Under the pieces are notes generated by a model, which was given only the letters and a program-made list of their open reading frames with translations, had not been told where the DNA came from and did not search any database. Shown one piece after another: positions 39,911 to 51,031 of a stretch of 64,000 nucleotides of DNA; within the stretch, counting starts at the first letter, position 1, and every line of letters starts with the position of its first letter. A program made the position numbers and the translations under genes. The DNA comes from an uncultured bacterium (GTDB lineage: Bacteria > Oederibacteriota > JAAXVQ01 > JAUVAV01): positions 4,013 through 68,012 of the forward strand of contig CBDUZI010000002.1 of the NCBI GenBank assembly GCA_965371665.1, read 5' to 3'.

Positions 39911-39955
39911 CCTCAAGGGAGGGAAATATTAATATAAATCGATTTTTACAGCTTT

Positions 39956-40387
39956 TCAGTAATCAGTTCCGGCCGGCGGAATAATTGTTATTGTACGCGT
40001 TTTTTTTCCGTTGATCTCAAACTTTATTTTCCAATGCCCGGTGGGCAGCAGAATCCCCGCTTTTTCCGCCCACTCTATGATACAAACACCGGGTCCGATA
40101 ATATACTCCTCAAATCCCAAATCCTCCACCTCTATCGGCGTTTCGATACGATACAAATCAAAATGATATAATGGCAGACGCCCGGGATACTCATTTACAA
40201 TGGTAAAAGTAGGACTGGACACGGTCCCGGTTACTTTCATCCCCCGGGCCAAACCCCGTACCAGGCAGGTTTTACCCGCTCCTAATTCCCCATAAAGTCC
40301 GACCACGTCCCCGGACCTTAAAGCCCCGGCCAGTTTCTCCCCAACAGTCTCGGTATCTTCCGGATTAGAGGTTTTTATCTTTTTCAC
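39956..40387 (-). CDS. tsaE: tRNA t6A biosynthesis ATPase TsaE (YjeE)
   Basis: P-loop GELGAGKTCLVRGLARG. About 143 aa. Confidence 0.9.
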   Translation of the reverse strand: MKKIKTSNPEDTETVGEKLAGALRSGDVVGLYGELGAGKTCLVRGLARGMKVTGTVSSPTFTIVNEYPGRLPLYHFDLYRIETPIEVEDLGFEEYIIGPGVCIIEWAEKAGILLPTGHWKIKFEINGKKTRTITIIPPAGTDY

Positions 40388-41549
40388 GGTAATACTGCTT
40401 AAGGCCTTTAAAAATTCCTTGGGCCAGCTTGCGGCAAAAAGTCCGGCTCCGAAGTTTAGACTCTTCCCCGTGATTACTGATAAATGCGGTTTCCACTAAA
40501 ATGGACGGCATATACGATTTAGCCAGCACGAAAAAAGGCGCCCGCTCAATGCGCCGGACTTCCAGGCCGCCGATTTTTTCGTATTCCTGGCTGACTAATC
40601 CGGCGGCATTGATGCTGGCGCTCTCATGCACGGATTGGCGGAGATCGTCTTTGATGATCTCCAGGTAATTGGCATCCTGGTTTTCCAGGCGGGCCGTTTC
40701 CGCGGCCTTACGCGATGATGCTTCCCGGTTGTAAATAAAAACCTGGCTGCCGCAGGCTTTGCGGTTTCGCGAGGCATTGGCATGGATGGAAACAAACAAG
40801 TCCGCCTGGGCGCGATTGGCAATATCCGCCCGTTCCTTCAGGGAAATATACCTGTCATCCTTACGCGTCATAATAACTTTCAAACCGTGCTGCCGGAGAA
40901 AATAGGCCAGCTGCTTGGCAACTTCCAGAGTAACGGTTTTTTCTTTCAATTTCGACGGCCCGACAGCTCCGGGATCCTTACCGCCGTGCCCGGCATCCAC
41001 TACGACCAAGCCTTTTACTGCGGCCCGCTTGGTCACCGGCGCCGGTTGCTTTTCTTCGAGCCCCGGGGAAGCGGAAACCTTCTCGATTTTAAATGTCCGG
41101 GCAACCGAATCATAAAGCGGAATTCGGTTATCCAACTGTTGCCAAATTACTACCAATGCTTCCAGTGAAACCAACACCCGTCCTTTACGCATGCAGGGGC
41201 AATGCGGCAGGCGGACAAACCTGTTTCTTTCTACCACCGCTTTTGGATATCCCAGACTGATAACCACCTGGTGGCCGGAAGGCCCTGTAATCACTGCTTT
41301 GTGCGTGACGGCATGCCAGGCCGTATTACCACCCAGATATTCTACCGCAGCTTGGAGTGAAATCCAAAGTGTCCCTCGGGATCCCCAGGCCGGAATAATC
41401 TGTGATTGGGCCTGCCGAAAAGTTTCAAATTTTATGCCCACCGGCTCTGCAAGGCCGACTTGACCGGCCGTCGGTGCCTGGCTGGCCGCACTTATCCCGA
41501 GGACAAGAACTATCATCAGCCCCGCAAATAAACCTGCCTTACGCAACAT
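40365..41549 (-). CDS. N-acetylmuramoyl-L-alanine amidase (Amidase_3, AmiC-like, with N-terminal AMIN-like region)
   Basis: VVVDAGHGGKDPGAVG...DLFVSIHANAS. The ORF is extended to 41669. The start is set at MLRKAGLFAGLMIVLVLG (signal peptide). Confidence 0.85.
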   Translation of the reverse strand: MLRKAGLFAGLMIVLVLGISAASQAPTAGQVGLAEPVGIKFETFRQAQSQIIPAWGSRGTLWISLQAAVEYLGGNTAWHAVTHKAVITGPSGHQVVISLGYPKAVVERNRFVRLPHCPCMRKGRVLVSLEALVVIWQQLDNRIPLYDSVARTFKIEKVSASPGLEEKQPAPVTKRAAVKGLVVVDAGHGGKDPGAVGPSKLKEKTVTLEVAKQLAYFLRQHGLKVIMTRKDDRYISLKERADIANRAQADLFVSIHANASRNRKACGSQVFIYNREASSRKAAETARLENQDANYLEIIKDDLRQSVHESASINAAGLVSQEYEKIGGLEVRRIERAPFFVLAKSYMPSILVETAFISNHGEESKLRSRTFCRKLAQGIFKGLKQYYREKDKNL

Positions 41550-41583
41550 ACTCAAACTACCTCCCAAAGGCATCCTTCCTCCT

Positions 41584-42735
41584 TCAACGCACCTCCACTT
41601 TTCGCCGCAGAAAAGTAGGAATTTCCAGATCGGACTCGGTAAATACCGGCTGCAGGGACAGTTTTTCACTGCTGGTTATCCGGCGCTGAGATTCGCGATT
41701 TTTTAAAAATGTATTAAGATCCAGGGTTTTCTGGGCACGATATTTCACGGTATCGTTTTCTGGTGACTTCTGGCGGCTGTCAAAACCCGTAGCAATCACG
41801 GTAATTTTTACCTCGTCGTTTAAACTATCATCAATCACGGTGCCAAAAATGACATTGGCATCCTTGCCGGCAACCTCAAAAACCGCACTGGAGGCTTCAC
41901 TGGCTTCATGCAGGGTCAGGGTCTTCCCGCCCGTAATGTTGATTAGCAATCCCTTGGCACCCCCAATATTTACATCCTCCAGCAAGGGACTGGTAATAGC
42001 TTGCCGGGCGGCTTTTAAAGCCCGCTGCTCCCCGGTGCCGGTGCCGGTGCCCATCAAGGCTCCGCCCATTTCCGCCATCACGGTTTTAATATCCGCGAAA
42101 TCAAGGTTGATAATACCGGGAACGGTTATCAATTCCGCAATACTTTGGACGGCCTGACGTAAAACATCATCCGCATACTTAAAGGCATCCACCAGGGATG
42201 TCTCACGGTTGACAACCTGGAGGAGTCTTTCATTGGGAACCGTAATCACAGTATCCACCACATCTTTCAAGGCCTGATAACCGATCTCGGCCTGTTCTTT
42301 ACGGGTCCGTCCCTCGAAGTTAAAAGGCCGCGTAACTACGGCCACGGTAAGTGATCCCTGCTTGCGCGCCAGCCCGGCAATCACCGGCGCGGAACCGGTC
42401 CCAGTCCCTCCCCCCAGCCCGGCGGTAATAAAAACCATGTGCGCGCCGACAATAGCAGCAGAAAGCTCTTCCTGACTTTCCAGCGCAGCTTTCCGTCCCA
42501 CTTCCGGGTCAGCGCCCGCACCCAGGCCGCTGGTAAGCTGACGCCCGATTTGCAAACGCATCGGCGCCTGGGCGGAAAGCAGATCCTGGGAATCAGTATT
42601 AACCGTAATGTATTCCACGCCCCTGATTCCACTGTCAATCATTCTATTCACGGCATTGTTTCCGGCCCCGCCTACTCCGACGACCTTAATATTAGCTACA
42701 TTTTTCGAGGGCTTGTCTTCCATTTCAAATTTCAT
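41584..42735 (-). CDS. ftsZ: cell division GTPase FtsZ
   Basis: Tubulin signature [16 protein letters not shown]; GGGTGTG. Confidence 0.97.
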   Translation of the reverse strand: MKFEMEDKPSKNVANIKVVGVGGAGNNAVNRMIDSGIRGVEYITVNTDSQDLLSAQAPMRLQIGRQLTSGLGAGADPEVGRKAALESQEELSAAIVGAHMVFITAGLGGGTGTGSAPVIAGLARKQGSLTVAVVTRPFNFEGRTRKEQAEIGYQALKDVVDTVITVPNERLLQVVNRETSLVDAFKYADDVLRQAVQSIAELITVPGIINLDFADIKTVMAEMGGALMGTGTGTGEQRALKAARQAITSPLLEDVNIGGAKGLLINITGGKTLTLHEASEASSAVFEVAGKDANVIFGTVIDDSLNDEVKITVIATGFDSRQKSPENDTVKYRAQKTLDLNTFLKNRESQRRITSSEKLSLQPVFTESDLEIPTFLRRKVEVR

Positions 42736-42791
42736 ATCTCTTACCTCCTTTTTTGTAATATCTTAGCCAGCCAGAGCAATTAGTTGATTTT

Positions 42792-42925
42792 GTCATACCC
42801 GCATGTAGTAAGCGGGTATCCAGTGACTTTTAATTCCTTTAAAATCAAAGCCTCTGGATTCCCGATAAAAGCATTCGGGAATGACAACCTAAAAACCGAC
42901 TAAATGCTCAGGCTCCTGGTACTTT
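42792..42925. repeat. MITE family B/C compound copy
   Basis: gtcatacccgcatgtagtaagcgggtatcc...cattcgggaatgacaacctaaaaaccgactaaatgctcaggctcctgg. Confidence 0.8.
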
Positions 42926-42935
42926 ATCCTTTTTT

Positions 42936-44183
42936 TTAAAAATAATCCGAGAACCATTCCTTCATGCGTTCTAAAGTCCGACTAAAAAGATTTCGTTCAT
43001 TAGTAAATCTCGGATGCCTACCCGAAGCCAGACCCTTGGCGCCGAAGCATACCAATCCCACCCCGGTCGCAAATTTCGGTGAATTCACAATGTCAACCAT
43101 GCCTACGATATTTCGGGGCGTGCCTACCCGGATCGGCACCTGGAGGATCTCCTCCGCCAATTCCTCGATTCCATCCAGCAATGATGATCCTCCGGTTAAA
43201 ACCACGCCCGCAGCGGCTTTCTCTTCAAATCCGTTTTTTTTGATTTCCATATCTATCAATTCCAATATTTCTTCCGTCCGGGGCTGGATGATCTGCGCCA
43301 GTTCCCGGCGCAGCAGGGTTCGCGACGGCCGCCCGCCCACTCCCGGCACCGTTATTTCCTCGCTTTCTCCCACCATGGAAACCTTGGCGCAGCCGTACTT
43401 TCGCTTGATTTCTTCCGCCTCGTGATTCGGAGTACGCAGCCCGATAGCAATGTCCGAGGTCAGCTGATTTCCCCCGATGGAAATTACGCTGGAATGCCAA
43501 AGCGAACCATCCACGAAAACCGCCATATCCGTTGTTCCTCCTCCGATATCCACCAGCACTACTCCGAGCTCCCGCTCATCCGGGCTGAGTACCGCCTCTG
43601 CGCTGGCCAGCGGTTGCAGAATAATATCGTCCACCGCATACCCGGCCCGTTCCACACTCTTAATAATATTCTGAACACTGGTTACCGCACCGGTAACAAT
43701 ATGCACCTCAGCTTCCAGACGCACGCCGGACATGCCAACCGGCTCCTTGATTCCATCTTGATTATCAATAATAAATTCCTGGGGTATGATATGGATTACT
43801 TCACGGTCCACCGGCAGGGCTACGGCCTTGGCAGCATCTATGACTCGTTCCACGTCCTCCCGGGTAATCTCCTTGTCCTTGCGGGAAACCGCAATCACTC
43901 CATGGGAGTTTAAGCCCTTGATATGCCCGCCGGCAATCCCGGCAAAGACCGACCCCGTGTGCACTCCGGCCATGCGCTCGGCTTCTAATACTGCGATCCT
44001 TACGGATTCTATGGTGTTTTCGATATTGACTACCACTCCCTTACGCAGTCCCCGGGAAGGCTTCTCTCCTACCCCGATGACATTAATCTGACCCCCGGGC
44101 AGAGCTTCGGCAATTATCACGCAAATTTTCGTGGTTCCCAAGTCCAGGCCTACCAGAATATTTTCATTAGTATCTTTGGACAC
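42936..44183 (-). CDS. ftsA: cell division protein FtsA
   Basis: Actin-like ILVGLDLGTTKICVII... Confidence 0.95.
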   Translation of the reverse strand: MSKDTNENILVGLDLGTTKICVIIAEALPGGQINVIGVGEKPSRGLRKGVVVNIENTIESVRIAVLEAERMAGVHTGSVFAGIAGGHIKGLNSHGVIAVSRKDKEITREDVERVIDAAKAVALPVDREVIHIIPQEFIIDNQDGIKEPVGMSGVRLEAEVHIVTGAVTSVQNIIKSVERAGYAVDDIILQPLASAEAVLSPDERELGVVLVDIGGGTTDMAVFVDGSLWHSSVISIGGNQLTSDIAIGLRTPNHEAEEIKRKYGCAKVSMVGESEEITVPGVGGRPSRTLLRRELAQIIQPRTEEILELIDMEIKKNGFEEKAAAGVVLTGGSSLLDGIEELAEEILQVPIRVGTPRNIVGMVDIVNSPKFATGVGLVCFGAKGLASGRHPRFTNERNLFSRTLERMKEWFSDYF

Positions 44184-44187
44184 ATCC

Positions 44188-44973
44188 TCACCTCCCTTTC
44201 TTCGGACGCACTACTACTTGCTGATCATAACGGAGATCGATCAAGGCCATTTGCTTTTTTTTTGCCCGGATATCTTCCAAAACCGCTCCCAAGCGGAACA
44301 TGTCCCGCTTCCGGTTCCGGTTCTGGTTCCGGCGGTTAAGCATTCGCACCTTGATGGCATCCCGCGTAAATAGAATTACCTCTTGATCTTCACTAAAATG
44401 AATCTCTGAAAGCTGATCCGCAAAGGGACTGGTTAATATTTCACGAATAAAATCCATCCCGAGTTCAGCTTTTAAATCCACGCCCATAACACCGGGCTCT
44501 TCCCAAATCCGGATCCCGGTTATTACCGGAAGACCCGTGGATAAAATTTCGGCGGTGACCCCGGGCCTGATCCTCCCCTCAACATCCAGGCTGAATAATC
44601 CCTGATCTGATATTAAGGCCCAGGGTTTGATCCGGCAGGTTTCCGACCCCGCCAAAGAATACACCTTGGTTTGGCCAGCCCCCTTTATTCCCTGCCACCA
44701 AGCCGCGACCCGGCCCGTAACTTCGGCTTGTAAAACCTCCTGGCCTGTGACCAGCAGGGTCAGGGTGATTAAAATCCCGGCTGCCAGAAGGCGTCCGGTC
44801 CGGCCGAAAATCCGGCCTGCTTTCGGCATGAGCGCGCGTGAAATCAGGCTAAGAATGCCGCCTTCCGCCTTAGAGGGCTTATGGTAATAATTCAGCCTGG
44901 TCCTCCGCTGCTGCTTATGCTTGTTGGCAGCGGTTAATTGACCGGCATATGTCCATCCGTAGTAGCTGCTCAC
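44188..44973 (-). CDS. ftsQ: cell division protein FtsQ/DivIB (POTRA)
   Basis: Single TM then POTRA-like domain. Position between ddl and ftsA. Confidence 0.8.
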   Translation of the reverse strand: MSSYYGWTYAGQLTAANKHKQQRRTRLNYYHKPSKAEGGILSLISRALMPKAGRIFGRTGRLLAAGILITLTLLVTGQEVLQAEVTGRVAAWWQGIKGAGQTKVYSLAGSETCRIKPWALISDQGLFSLDVEGRIRPGVTAEILSTGLPVITGIRIWEEPGVMGVDLKAELGMDFIREILTSPFADQLSEIHFSEDQEVILFTRDAIKVRMLNRRNQNRNRKRDMFRLGAVLEDIRAKKKQMALIDLRYDQQVVVRPKKGR

Positions 44974-45953
44974 ACTTCTCCCCCCACAGCTTCCAGGATC
45001 AAACCCATCAGCAGGCTCCCGAATGAAATCCCGGCATGACGCGCTGCTTCGGGCAGCAGGCTGGTGGCGGTCATTCCAGGACTGGTATTTACTTCCATGA
45101 TATTAATTTCTCCCCGCGATCCCATTATCATATCAACCCGCGTGGCGCCCCGGCATCCTAAAGCCCGGTGAGCTGACAGCGCCAATTGCTGAGCTCTCTC
45201 TCTCTGGCCGGGCTTGATTCGGGCCGGAATAATATGTTCCGACATACCGGTTACGTACTTGGCTTCATAATCGTAAAAATCTTTTTTCGGCACAATCTCG
45301 ATAACCGGTAAAACCTGGTGCGGAAGCACTCCCACCGAGAGTTCTGTTCCCCGGCAATATTTTTCCAGCATTACTTCACAGCCATAGGTCCGCGCCTGCT
45401 GCCAGGCCGCGGGTAAATCCGCCCAACGCTTGATTATAGAGACGCCAATGGCCGATCCCTGCTGATTGGGTTTTACCACCAGCGGCAGCTTCAACTTTAT
45501 GCTTCCGCGCCCCGGTATCCGCTTGCTCTCTCCCCCAGGTAGCGAGGCACTGGAAAGGCACTCCCATTCCGATGTCAACAGTCCGGCCGACTGAAAAATC
45601 TGTTTGGCGCGGGATTTATTCATGGCCAGGGCGGAAGCCAATACTCCGGAACCGGTATATGGGATACGCATCCATTCCAATACTCCCTGCACTGATCCGT
45701 CTTCGCCGCCCGGCCCATGCAAACAGATAAACGCCGCTTCCGTACCCCGCCGGGCCAGTTTTGGCAAGTCTTGCCAACTTTTAATATCCACTCCGCGGAC
45801 ATTGAGTTTATAACTCTGCAAGGCGTTTAACACCGCCCGGCCGCTGAGCAGCGATATCTCCCGTTCCGCTGAATCCCCGCCCATCAGCACCATAATTTTA
45901 CGCCGGCCGATACGGGAAATCATTTTCTTTAAGCGTGCGCCGCCTGGCCTCAT
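44970..45953 (-). CDS. ddl: D-alanine--D-alanine ligase
   Basis: ATP-grasp. VLMGGDSAEREISLLSGRAV. Confidence 0.93.
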   Translation of the reverse strand: MRPGGARLKKMISRIGRRKIMVLMGGDSAEREISLLSGRAVLNALQSYKLNVRGVDIKSWQDLPKLARRGTEAAFICLHGPGGEDGSVQGVLEWMRIPYTGSGVLASALAMNKSRAKQIFQSAGLLTSEWECLSSASLPGGESKRIPGRGSIKLKLPLVVKPNQQGSAIGVSIIKRWADLPAAWQQARTYGCEVMLEKYCRGTELSVGVLPHQVLPVIEIVPKKDFYDYEAKYVTGMSEHIIPARIKPGQRERAQQLALSAHRALGCRGATRVDMIMGSRGEINIMEVNTSPGMTATSLLPEAARHAGISFGSLLMGLILEAVGGEV

Positions 45954-47377
45954 TGGTTAGAGAATTCTCCCGGTTTTGGCGTTTTTTTAATCCGCTTTCG
46001 GCCTTTTACTCCGCCGGGCCGGGCCGTTAGTTGCACTCCTAATTTCCACACGTCTCCGGCTCCCATGGTAATAAATAAATCACCGGGTTTCAGTTCCCGC
46101 CTGACTTTAGGTAAAAGCCGCGCCAGAGAGAGGGGGCCGACATACACCGGTGATCCTTCAATCCGCATTTGGTCCGCGATTAGCTGGCTGGTCACTCCGG
46201 GAATCGGACGTTCCCGCGCCGGATAAATATCCGCTAAAAAGATTATATCCGCCAGCAGCAACGCCCGGGCGAATTCGCGGTAAAGCCGCCGGGTCCGGGA
46301 AAATAAATGCGGCTGAAATGCCACGATCAAACGCCCCGGGTTCAGAGAGCGCGCGGCTTTCAGGGTTTCCGCCACCTCGGTGGGATGATGGGCGTAGTCG
46401 TCCAGGACTTGGGCCTGGTTAAATTGGCCTTTCTGTTCCTGGCGGCGTTTTACGCCCGTAAAACTTTTCAGTGCCTGGGCAATGGTATTAAAAGCCACGC
46501 CCAGCTCCAGCGCCAGTCCCACAGCGGCCAGGGCGTTAAAAACATTAAATCCTCCGGGCAACTGCAGCTGAATCCGGCCCAAGCGTTTATTCCGGCGCAA
46601 CACCATGAAACTTTGGGCAAATTTCGCGGCTACTAAGCCTTCGGCCCGCAGTTCCGCCTCGGGTTCGAGACCGTAGGTAAGCACCCGGCACATCACCCGC
46701 GGCATTATGGTGCGCAAACCCGGATCAGCGTGATTTAAAACCGCGACTCCCCAAAAGGGAACACGATTTATAAAATCAATAAATGCTTCGTCCAGCGCCG
46801 CCCGCGAGCCATAATTCTCGAGATGGTCGTCATCGATATTCGTGACCGCCACGGCAGCGGGAAACAGGTGCAGAAACGCGGAGTAAGCCTCACAGGCTTC
46901 CACCACAAAAAATTCGCCCTGCCCCATGCGGGCGCCCCGCTGGATATTATTAAGTACTCCTCCGATCACCAGGGTTGGATCCAAGCCAGCCTGGGCCAAT
47001 ATCCAGGCCAGCATGGAAGCGGTGGTGGTTTTACCATGAGTTCCGGCGACCGCTATGCCTTGTTTCAGCCGCATGATATCATTAAGCATCCGGGTCCGGG
47101 GAATGACCGGTATTTTTTTCTCCCGGGCCGCGCGAATCTCGGGATTGGTATCCGGCACAGCGTTCGACACGACTACCAGGTTCAGCGCTTCGGGAAGATA
47201 TTCACTCCGGTGGCCGATATGTATATGCGCGCCTAATCGTTTCAAACGATGGGTGATTTCGGAAGCCTTCAGATCAGAGCCCGAAATACGGTGCCCAAGA
47301 TTTAAAAGCACTTCGGCAATCCCGCTCATACCGGCGCCCCCAATGCCTACAAAATGAATTTTCTGGCGATGCTGCAT
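45950..47377 (-). CDS. murC: UDP-N-acetylmuramate--L-alanine ligase
   Basis: IHFVGIGGAGMSGIAEVL. The ORF is extended to 47455. An internal Met start avoids overlap with murG. Confidence 0.93.
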   Translation of the reverse strand: MQHRQKIHFVGIGGAGMSGIAEVLLNLGHRISGSDLKASEITHRLKRLGAHIHIGHRSEYLPEALNLVVVSNAVPDTNPEIRAAREKKIPVIPRTRMLNDIMRLKQGIAVAGTHGKTTTASMLAWILAQAGLDPTLVIGGVLNNIQRGARMGQGEFFVVEACEAYSAFLHLFPAAVAVTNIDDDHLENYGSRAALDEAFIDFINRVPFWGVAVLNHADPGLRTIMPRVMCRVLTYGLEPEAELRAEGLVAAKFAQSFMVLRRNKRLGRIQLQLPGGFNVFNALAAVGLALELGVAFNTIAQALKSFTGVKRRQEQKGQFNQAQVLDDYAHHPTEVAETLKAARSLNPGRLIVAFQPHLFSRTRRLYREFARALLLADIIFLADIYPARERPIPGVTSQLIADQMRIEGSPVYVGPLSLARLLPKVRRELKPGDLFITMGAGDVWKLGVQLTARPGGVKGRKRIKKTPKPGEFSNQ

Positions 47378-47388
47378 ACTGGGAGTCC

Positions 47389-48525
47389 TCACGCTTGATT
47401 TCCCGCCATGGTTATCATCCAGCGGGCTATTTCCTGATCTGCATTCATGGGGCAATCCTTTTTTACGTCCGCGGCCCGGCTGATCATAATATTGAGCCGC
47501 TTCAATACCTTGATGATTTTCTCCATGAGTTCCGGCCCGGTCAGATCCCTATCCGGCATTACTTCGGCCGCTCCCTGCTTCTGAAGCAAAGCAGCATTGT
47601 GCGCCTGGTGTTGTGCCGTGGCATAGGGATAGGGAATCAAGAGCGCCGGCTTGCCGGTGGCCGCAAGTTCGGCCACGGTTCCTGCTCCGGCCCGGGCCAA
47701 AACCAAGTCAGCCGCCGCATACGCTTCCGGCACCTGATCTATAAACGAATGTATCGACATCCGGGAACCCAAGCTCTCGCCCGCCCGGCGAGCCAGGGCC
47801 AGATCGGCCTCGCCCGTCATCCAGAGAAACTGTAAATCCGGAACCCGCTTGGCCAGCCGGGGAAGCATTTCCGCCATGGCGGAATTTATTTTTCTGGCCG
47901 CCTGGCTCCCGGGAAATATCAAGAGCACGCGCTGCTTGGGATCAAGCTTAAAAGCCATGCAGCCCTGCCCCCGGCTGGGTTCATTCAAACGTTCCCGCAG
48001 CGGATATCCGGTAACTACGGTTTTTCCCGCCGGGAAATACTTGGCGGTTTCCGCGCAGCTCACCGCCACCCGCCTGACAAATCGTCCCAGGAAGCGGTTG
48101 GTCAGTCCGGGTAAACAGTTGCTTTCATGTACCATGCTGGGAAGACCCAGGCTTATGGCCGCTAAAACCACCGGACCTCCAACATATCCTCCGGTACCCA
48201 TAACCGCACCTATCTTTAATTCCTTTAATAATCCGCGCGCCTGCTGGAAGCCGGCGGTCGCTTTCCATATACTTCGCCAATTATTCCGGATAAAAATCCC
48301 GGCCGGCCGCCTATGGGCCCGTGAAAAACCCGCCAATTCCAGGCCGCAAAAAGGAATCTTCCGGCCGGCCGCCAAGTCCCTTTCCATGCCGTCCGCTTTC
48401 CCAAAATAAAATACCGGCCTCTCCGGCGCCAGGCGCCGCACGGCCTCCCCTACGGCTAAGGCCGGGAAAATATGCCCTCCGGTCCCGCCGCCGCAAACCG
48501 CTACTCCCGGGGGTTTAGTAATCAT
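47389..48525 (-). CDS. murG: UDP-GlcNAc:undecaprenyl-PP-MurNAc-pentapeptide GlcNAc transferase
   Basis: VAVCGGGTGGHIFPALAV. Confidence 0.95.
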   Translation of the reverse strand: MITKPPGVAVCGGGTGGHIFPALAVGEAVRRLAPERPVFYFGKADGMERDLAAGRKIPFCGLELAGFSRAHRRPAGIFIRNNWRSIWKATAGFQQARGLLKELKIGAVMGTGGYVGGPVVLAAISLGLPSMVHESNCLPGLTNRFLGRFVRRVAVSCAETAKYFPAGKTVVTGYPLRERLNEPSRGQGCMAFKLDPKQRVLLIFPGSQAARKINSAMAEMLPRLAKRVPDLQFLWMTGEADLALARRAGESLGSRMSIHSFIDQVPEAYAAADLVLARAGAGTVAELAATGKPALLIPYPYATAQHQAHNAALLQKQGAAEVMPDRDLTGPELMEKIIKVLKRLNIMISRAADVKKDCPMNADQEIARWMITMAGNQA

Positions 48526-49640
48526 CGTTTCGCTCTGGGCAAAGAGCGGGAAACCGAGAGCAGAATCCCGATTGCCACTAAAGAAAAAAAGAGCGAAGAT
48601 CCGCCCGCGCTGATAAAAGGCAGAGTCATTCCCTTGGTCGGTACCAGGCCGGTGGTTACACCGATATTAATCACCGCCTGCACGCCCAGCAGCAGCGTAA
48701 TTCCGCTCGCGAGCAATTTTCCAAAGGTCTCCGGACAGTGGCGGGCAATGCTAAATCCCCTCCAGATTACCAGGCCGAAAAGCAGAGTAATAATAAAGGT
48801 TCCCACAAATCCCAGTTCCTCGCCGAGGATACTGAAAATAAAATCAGTATGAGGAGCGGGAAGATAAAAAAATTTCTGTTGGCTTTCGCATAAGCCCCTT
48901 CCCCACAACCCTCCGCTGCCCAGGGCCAAATATGATTGGACGATCTGAAAGCCGCTGCCCAGGGGTTCCTGCCAGGGATCCAAATAAGCCTCCAGCCGGC
49001 GGCGCCGGTAAGGAACCCGGTAGATCAGTACAAAAATCACGGGTAAGGCTGCCAGGCCCAAACTCAGCAAATGCGAGAAGCGGGCGCCCGCTAAATAAAG
49101 CATGCCGCAGCCTACTAAAATCAAAATCACGGCCGTGCCTAAATCCGGCTGCAGCACTAATAAAGCGGCGGCTCCGCCTAATACGGCCAGGCGCGGCAAT
49201 AAACCTTGTACCAGAGAGGTCAGGACTTCCCGCTTGCGGGCTAAAATATCGGCTAAATAAATTACCATTACTACTTTAACCAATTCGGCGGGCTGAAATG
49301 AAATCGGTCCCAGCATCAGCCAGCGCCTGGCACCGCCCACGGTTTTGCCGATGGATAATACTAAAACGGCTATCAGCAGGCCGAAGCAAAGCAGCAGACC
49401 GGGCTTCACCCACTTTTGCCAATTCCTGTAAGGATAGCGGGCCGCCAGCATTAGGGCTAAGGATCCCAACGCCATCCATATCATCTGGCGCTTAATAAAA
49501 AAATAAGAATCCCCGAAAATATTCATGGCTAAAATAGTAGATGAAGAATACACCATGATCACTCCGGTCCCTACTAAAACCGCGCTAACCGCCAGTAGGA
49601 CTATATCCACATTTCCCGGCTGTTCTTCCCTGGTTTTCAT
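48522..49640 (-). CDS. ftsW: peptidoglycan glycosyltransferase FtsW (SEDS family)
   Basis: 10-TM SEDS protein between murG and murD. Confidence 0.9.
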   Translation of the reverse strand: MKTREEQPGNVDIVLLAVSAVLVGTGVIMVYSSSTILAMNIFGDSYFFIKRQMIWMALGSLALMLAARYPYRNWQKWVKPGLLLCFGLLIAVLVLSIGKTVGGARRWLMLGPISFQPAELVKVVMVIYLADILARKREVLTSLVQGLLPRLAVLGGAAALLVLQPDLGTAVILILVGCGMLYLAGARFSHLLSLGLAALPVIFVLIYRVPYRRRRLEAYLDPWQEPLGSGFQIVQSYLALGSGGLWGRGLCESQQKFFYLPAPHTDFIFSILGEELGFVGTFIITLLFGLVIWRGFSIARHCPETFGKLLASGITLLLGVQAVINIGVTTGLVPTKGMTLPFISAGGSSLFFSLVAIGILLSVSRSLPRAKR

Positions 49641-51028
49641 ACCACCTTTTTACTCGCTTCCTCGGATAATTTTTTCACTTCGGCGCAAAAAGCCGCTCCC
49701 CGTTCCTCAAAATTACTAAATTGATCAAAGCTGGCGCATCCGGGAGAAAAAAGCACCACATCTCCCTCCTGGGCTATTTTAGCCGCGGAACGAACCGCGG
49801 CCGGAAGTTCATTTTCCCGGATAACCTGTACCGCATCCTTTATCTGATGGCTGATGGTTTCAGCGGCCTCGCCCATCACTACTACCGCCCGCGCGCGGGC
49901 AGCCAGCAGTTCCCGCAAACTGGTAAATTCGCCCTGCTTATCCCGTCCGCCCAGAATCAGTACGATCGGGGCGTCATAACTTTGCAGGGCCTTGATGACG
50001 GCATTCACATTAGTTCCCTTGGAATCATTGACGAACCGTATCCCATCCAGCAGGGCAACGGTTTCCAAACGATGAGGAACGCCCCGGAACTGGTGTAATG
50101 TCCGCGGCATGCTTTTGATCGGAATACCCAGCGCCAGGCCAAGGGCAATTACTGCCAGGGCATTTTCCAGGTTATGCGAACCGGGTATGAGAAGTTCATC
50201 GGCCGACATCAAATCCCCCTGCCCTAATCCGAAGAAACGGTACTTGATCTTTCCTTTCTCAACCCAGACCCCCTCAATTTCCGGTGGCTGCTCACGGGAA
50301 AAGGTCAAAACCCGGCCCGGCGCCTGGGTGGAAAGCAAGGGGGAAAATTTATCCTCGGCATTCAGCACCAGGATATCTTTGGAGGTCTGCTTCCGCATGA
50401 TTCCGGCCTTGGCTTCAACATACGCCTGCATGCCGGTGTAACGATCAAGGTGGTCCGGCGTAATATTCAGGATGGCCGCAACCTGGGGCCGGAAACTTTT
50501 CACAGTTTCCAACTGGAAGCTGGAAACCTCCAATATAGTCACGCCTTTTTCCGGAATGCTTTCCGCTACCGCGGTAAAAGGCATCCCCATATTGCCAGCC
50601 ATAACATAAGTTAAACCGGCATCTTGTATCATGCGCGCCAAAAGATGGACCGTGGTGGTTTTCCCATTGGTCCCGGTAACGGCTATGATCCGGCCCCGGC
50701 AGAACCAGTAACCCAATTCCAATTCGGAAATAATCATTACGCCGCGTGCTTTAACCTCGGCCAAAACCGGTTGCTCCACGGGTACTCCGGGAGAAAGCAC
50801 GATGAGCTCAGCCGATTTCAGCGTATCCGGATGGTGTCCATTGGTCTCGATTTTAACTCCGAGCGCGGACAACCCCTCCACGGCCGCACTCAACTCCTCG
50901 GCTTTTTTCACATCCGTGACCGTAACCCGGGCGCCCTGTCTGACCAGCAGAGCAGCGGCCGCACAGCCGCTGCGGGCCATACCCATTACCAGCACGTTAC
51001 GATCTTTAAGTTCCATCAGGGGTTTCAT
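49637..51028 (-). CDS. murD: UDP-N-acetylmuramoylalanine--D-glutamate ligase
   Basis: VLVMGMARSGCAAAALL ... GTNGKTTT. Confidence 0.93.
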   Translation of the reverse strand: MKPLMELKDRNVLVMGMARSGCAAAALLVRQGARVTVTDVKKAEELSAAVEGLSALGVKIETNGHHPDTLKSAELIVLSPGVPVEQPVLAEVKARGVMIISELELGYWFCRGRIIAVTGTNGKTTTVHLLARMIQDAGLTYVMAGNMGMPFTAVAESIPEKGVTILEVSSFQLETVKSFRPQVAAILNITPDHLDRYTGMQAYVEAKAGIMRKQTSKDILVLNAEDKFSPLLSTQAPGRVLTFSREQPPEIEGVWVEKGKIKYRFFGLGQGDLMSADELLIPGSHNLENALAVIALGLALGIPIKSMPRTLHQFRGVPHRLETVALLDGIRFVNDSKGTNVNAVIKALQSYDAPIVLILGGRDKQGEFTSLRELLAARARAVVVMGEAAETISHQIKDAVQVIRENELPAAVRSAAKIAQEGDVVLFSPGCASFDQFSNFEERGAAFCAEVKKLSEEASKKVV

Positions 51029-51031
51029 TTT